A stretch of 64,000 nt of DNA from Monocercomonoides exilis PA203 (Eukaryota; Protista; Preaxostyla). The stretch is taken from positions 2,013,816 through 2,077,815 of the forward strand of contig LSRY02000006.1 of the NCBI GenBank assembly GCA_001643675.2, in the 5' to 3' direction. Both the position numbers and the translations under genes were made by a program. Under the pieces are notes generated by a model. That model saw nothing but the letters and a program-made list of their open reading frames with translations. It was not told the origin of the DNA and ran no database searches. This document shows, piece after piece, positions 61,231 through 64,000 of the stretch. How positions within the stretch are numbered: the first letter of the stretch is position 1; every line of letters begins with the position of its first letter.

Positions 61231-64000
61231 TCATCTCTCGCTCATCAAGCTCCAACTCCCATTCCCACTCCCATTGTTTGTTCCGTTTGTGTCTTCCTCA
61301 ACATCCACAGCATCCGACACAGTCATGACTAAACCTCCTGCCGGAAACCGCTGGATAAACTCTCGCTTCAGCCCAGCCAGCGTGGGCCGTTGTTCCGGAA
61401 CTGCTGAAAGGCACTGGCCAACCACTGTGCTCAGACTTCCCGTGCTCTTCACATCCTTCCTCGGTCTCTCCCCATTCACAATCTTCTGCCCCGCCACCTC
61501 TGCCTCATACTCCCCAAACGGGATCTCCAGCGTCAAGCACTCCCACAGCATCATCCCAATCGAGAATGCCACCGACTCCTTCGTTGCTCCCATGTTTTTG
61601 TTGATCAACAACTCTGGCGCCTTCCACCTCAAGCACTCCTTCCTGGAATCATCCTCATCCTCAAAAGCTGATGAAGGCAGAGAGTCATCATCATCATCAC
61701 TTGCAGATGTCACAACTGTTGTTGATGAGATCGATGATGAAGTGTCTGAGTCTGATGAGCAGTCGGAGTGGAGGGCAATGCAGATCACCATGTGTTCTGA
61801 GAAAAGAACAATGTGAGGACTCAGATTGGCCAGTGAAGATAATCCGTTTTCCATCTCATCAAAGGAGTGAAGTGCAAGATTGGCCACCCAGAACAGGATC
61901 TGGGCAGCTGTCTGCTCTCTTTGTTGAAGACTTCCAATCGCCATCTCTTTCTTCTCATTCCTCCCATGAAGCAGCATGAACAGCGAATCCCTCAGATCCA
62001 CAATCAATTTCTCATGAGGAGACGAACAGGCCATTGCATCCACCAGATTAGACATAGATGAAGTGGTTGGGCACAGATCCTCCCCTCGAACAAATGTGGA
62101 ATCTGAATCAGTTGTTGAAGTGGTTGAGGTGGATGGTGATGGAGTCTGTTTTCTAATTTCCTCTTCTTCAACCTTTTCCAATGCCCAATCTGGGATCTTG
62201 TCTGAGTCCTTTCCCAAGATGTATTCAGTTGAACCACTCTCGCTCAAAAGATACTCTTCAGACTCCGAATGCACCATCTCCTTTCCATTCATTCTCTTCT
62301 TGATCCTCTCTTCATTCTTCTTCTCTGCCTCTCTCTCTGCTCTCCTCCACTGCTCTTCAGGCGACATCTCCATCGTCACCATCTCAAAAGCCTTCGGATC
62401 TTTTCTGATGTTATCATCAACAATCTCTCTCAGATCTTTATTCTCATTTTTAGCTTTTCTCCATCGAATAATAGATATGATCAATGCAATCAAAAGTATT
62501 ACTACAATTACAACACACACAATCAACACCCATGAAAATTTTCCTCCTTTCCCACCTTCAGCAATTCTATCTTCTCCATCAACCTTGGGCTCACTTTTAT
62601 TTTTGATGATGAACGACTCTGTCGATGAAGGAGACTCTGCATTTCCAAAGAGGATGCACACTTTCACTTCTGTCTGCGCTGATGCTCCCGAAACAACAGA
62701 CAACGGAATCTTCCCCACAGCTTCATCCTCGCTCACATGCCCCGCCTCCTCAAATTCGAAACACTCAATCTGCTCAACATCTTCAACAACAACCACAACC
62801 CTGAACGACAGGTTGCACGGAATAAGGAGTGACCCCACAAATCTCACTCTCGCCTCTGACACATTTTCTGCTTCTGATGATTCTTCCACTCTCACCTCTC
62901 TCAGCGTGGGGATGAAGAACGAAGAGCCTCTGTCTTCTGTGATCCCCTTCACATTGCACCCTTCGTTCAGCATCCACATCGAGCTCCTCGCCCCCATCCC
63001 GTCTCCGCCCTTCACACTCACCACGTCCACTTCTCCCATCCCGCTGCACAAAATGTTCCTCCGATACGACGGATACTTCTCCATCCCTTGGCCTGTTCCC
63101 CTCAAACACCCCCTTCTCCACAACAACACTCCCCCAACCACTCCCATCCCTCCCTCTGCCCCATCCCTCACTGTCGTGTCTCTCACCACCCCCTTGCTCT
63201 CCACCAGCTCCACCAGCGATCCATTCCATCTGCACATCTCATCCCCCTGTGCATTTCCCAGACTCTCTTTGTCCTTTCCCACTTTCCCCTCAAACAACGA
63301 TCCCTCCACCACCAGCTCCCCACTCCCCTCAACACTCATGATCTGCCCCTTCCTTCCAGGCGTTGTGTTGTTGCCAAACGAACAGTTTGCAACCACCATC
63401 TCCACATCCTCCAATCTCGCCTCAACAGCACATGCCCCCTCTGTGCTTCGCCTGATGTTCCTCACAAAGAGTGTGCCACCTTCACAGATCCTCCTTCCTT
63501 CACTCCCCTTCCCCTTCCCTCATCATCTTCACCATCATCGCCATCTCCAACACTCACAACAGAGCAGCCTCCACACACAACATCCCAACACTCCATTTCT
63601 TTCACTGTGACCTTTGCCCCTGTGCCGATCCACATCACCGACTCTCCCACATCCAGCTCCCTCGCCTCAAACCCAACAACTCCCACAACACTGCTCTCCT
63701 CAAACCGCATCAGTGCCTTTCTCCCACATATCCCCTCCACCCGCGACTCCCTCATCTCAAACCTCCCCGACACCACCCTCACCAGCGTGTGCTCCACCAC
63801 AATCCCTCTCCCTCTGATGAAAACACTCCCCGCGAAATCGTGCAGCTCCCATTCAGCTCCACCACAAGACACTCATGTGCCGACCGGAATCCTCCCCGAA
63901 ACACCATCCCCATGTTTTCCAGCCACACCTCCTCTGAGCATTCCACAACCCCCTCTGCCAACGGCTCCTGCTCCACCTCCTCCCAGAAACACCACCTTCG
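61231..64000 (-). CDS. Receptor-like pseudokinase, copy 2 (5' part outside window)
   Basis: The C-terminal ~600 aa are identical to ORF 45641..47749. Several small indels upstream. Confidence 0.85.

Larger units (their letters stand above)
56387..64000. repeat. Right arm of large inverted segmental duplication (runs off window end)
   Basis: Reverse complement of 44975-52598. The inner breakpoint is 31 bp upstream of the AlaRS ATG. Confidence 0.97.

Noticed and set aside
41459-63610. Numerous long antisense or overlapping ORFs (e.g. 42267-43724, 45157-46917, 48713-50299, 62063-63610)
   Set aside because: Shadow ORFs caused by G-skewed codon usage on the real coding strand; Pro/Ser/His-rich with no domains.

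Overview
Eukaryotic, intron-containing, AT-rich genomic DNA in the standard genetic code. The gene families resemble those of an oxymonad metamonad such as Monocercomonoides (an inference from recalled protein families, not a database hit). Left to right it contains: an Mps1/TTK-like kinase with a long Ser-rich N-terminus; a TIR-bounded, decayed pogo/DDE_1 transposon; one giant multi-exon CCDC162/DUF4549-like gene; an hnRNP L/PTB-like RRM gene; a small membrane-protein gene; a 1.6 kaa low-complexity protein with PAM2 and CCHC motifs; a second decayed DDE_1 transposase; a hypothetical gene; a giant beta-helix-repeat receptor with a dead kinase domain; and an archaeal-type alanyl-tRNA synthetase. 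The most striking feature is inverted symmetry at every scale. Three unrelated intergenic fold-back palindromes have arms of 375, 443 and 193 bp that look identical by eye, and the two larger ones have degenerate but still symmetric centres. An older modular foldback element is also present. Finally, an inverted duplication of at least 7.6 kb (receptor 3' half plus AlaRS) flanks a unique, compositionally different 3.8 kb surface-protein gene. Most frameshifts sit in homopolymers or short repeats and differ between the duplicate copies, so they are probably sequencing errors.
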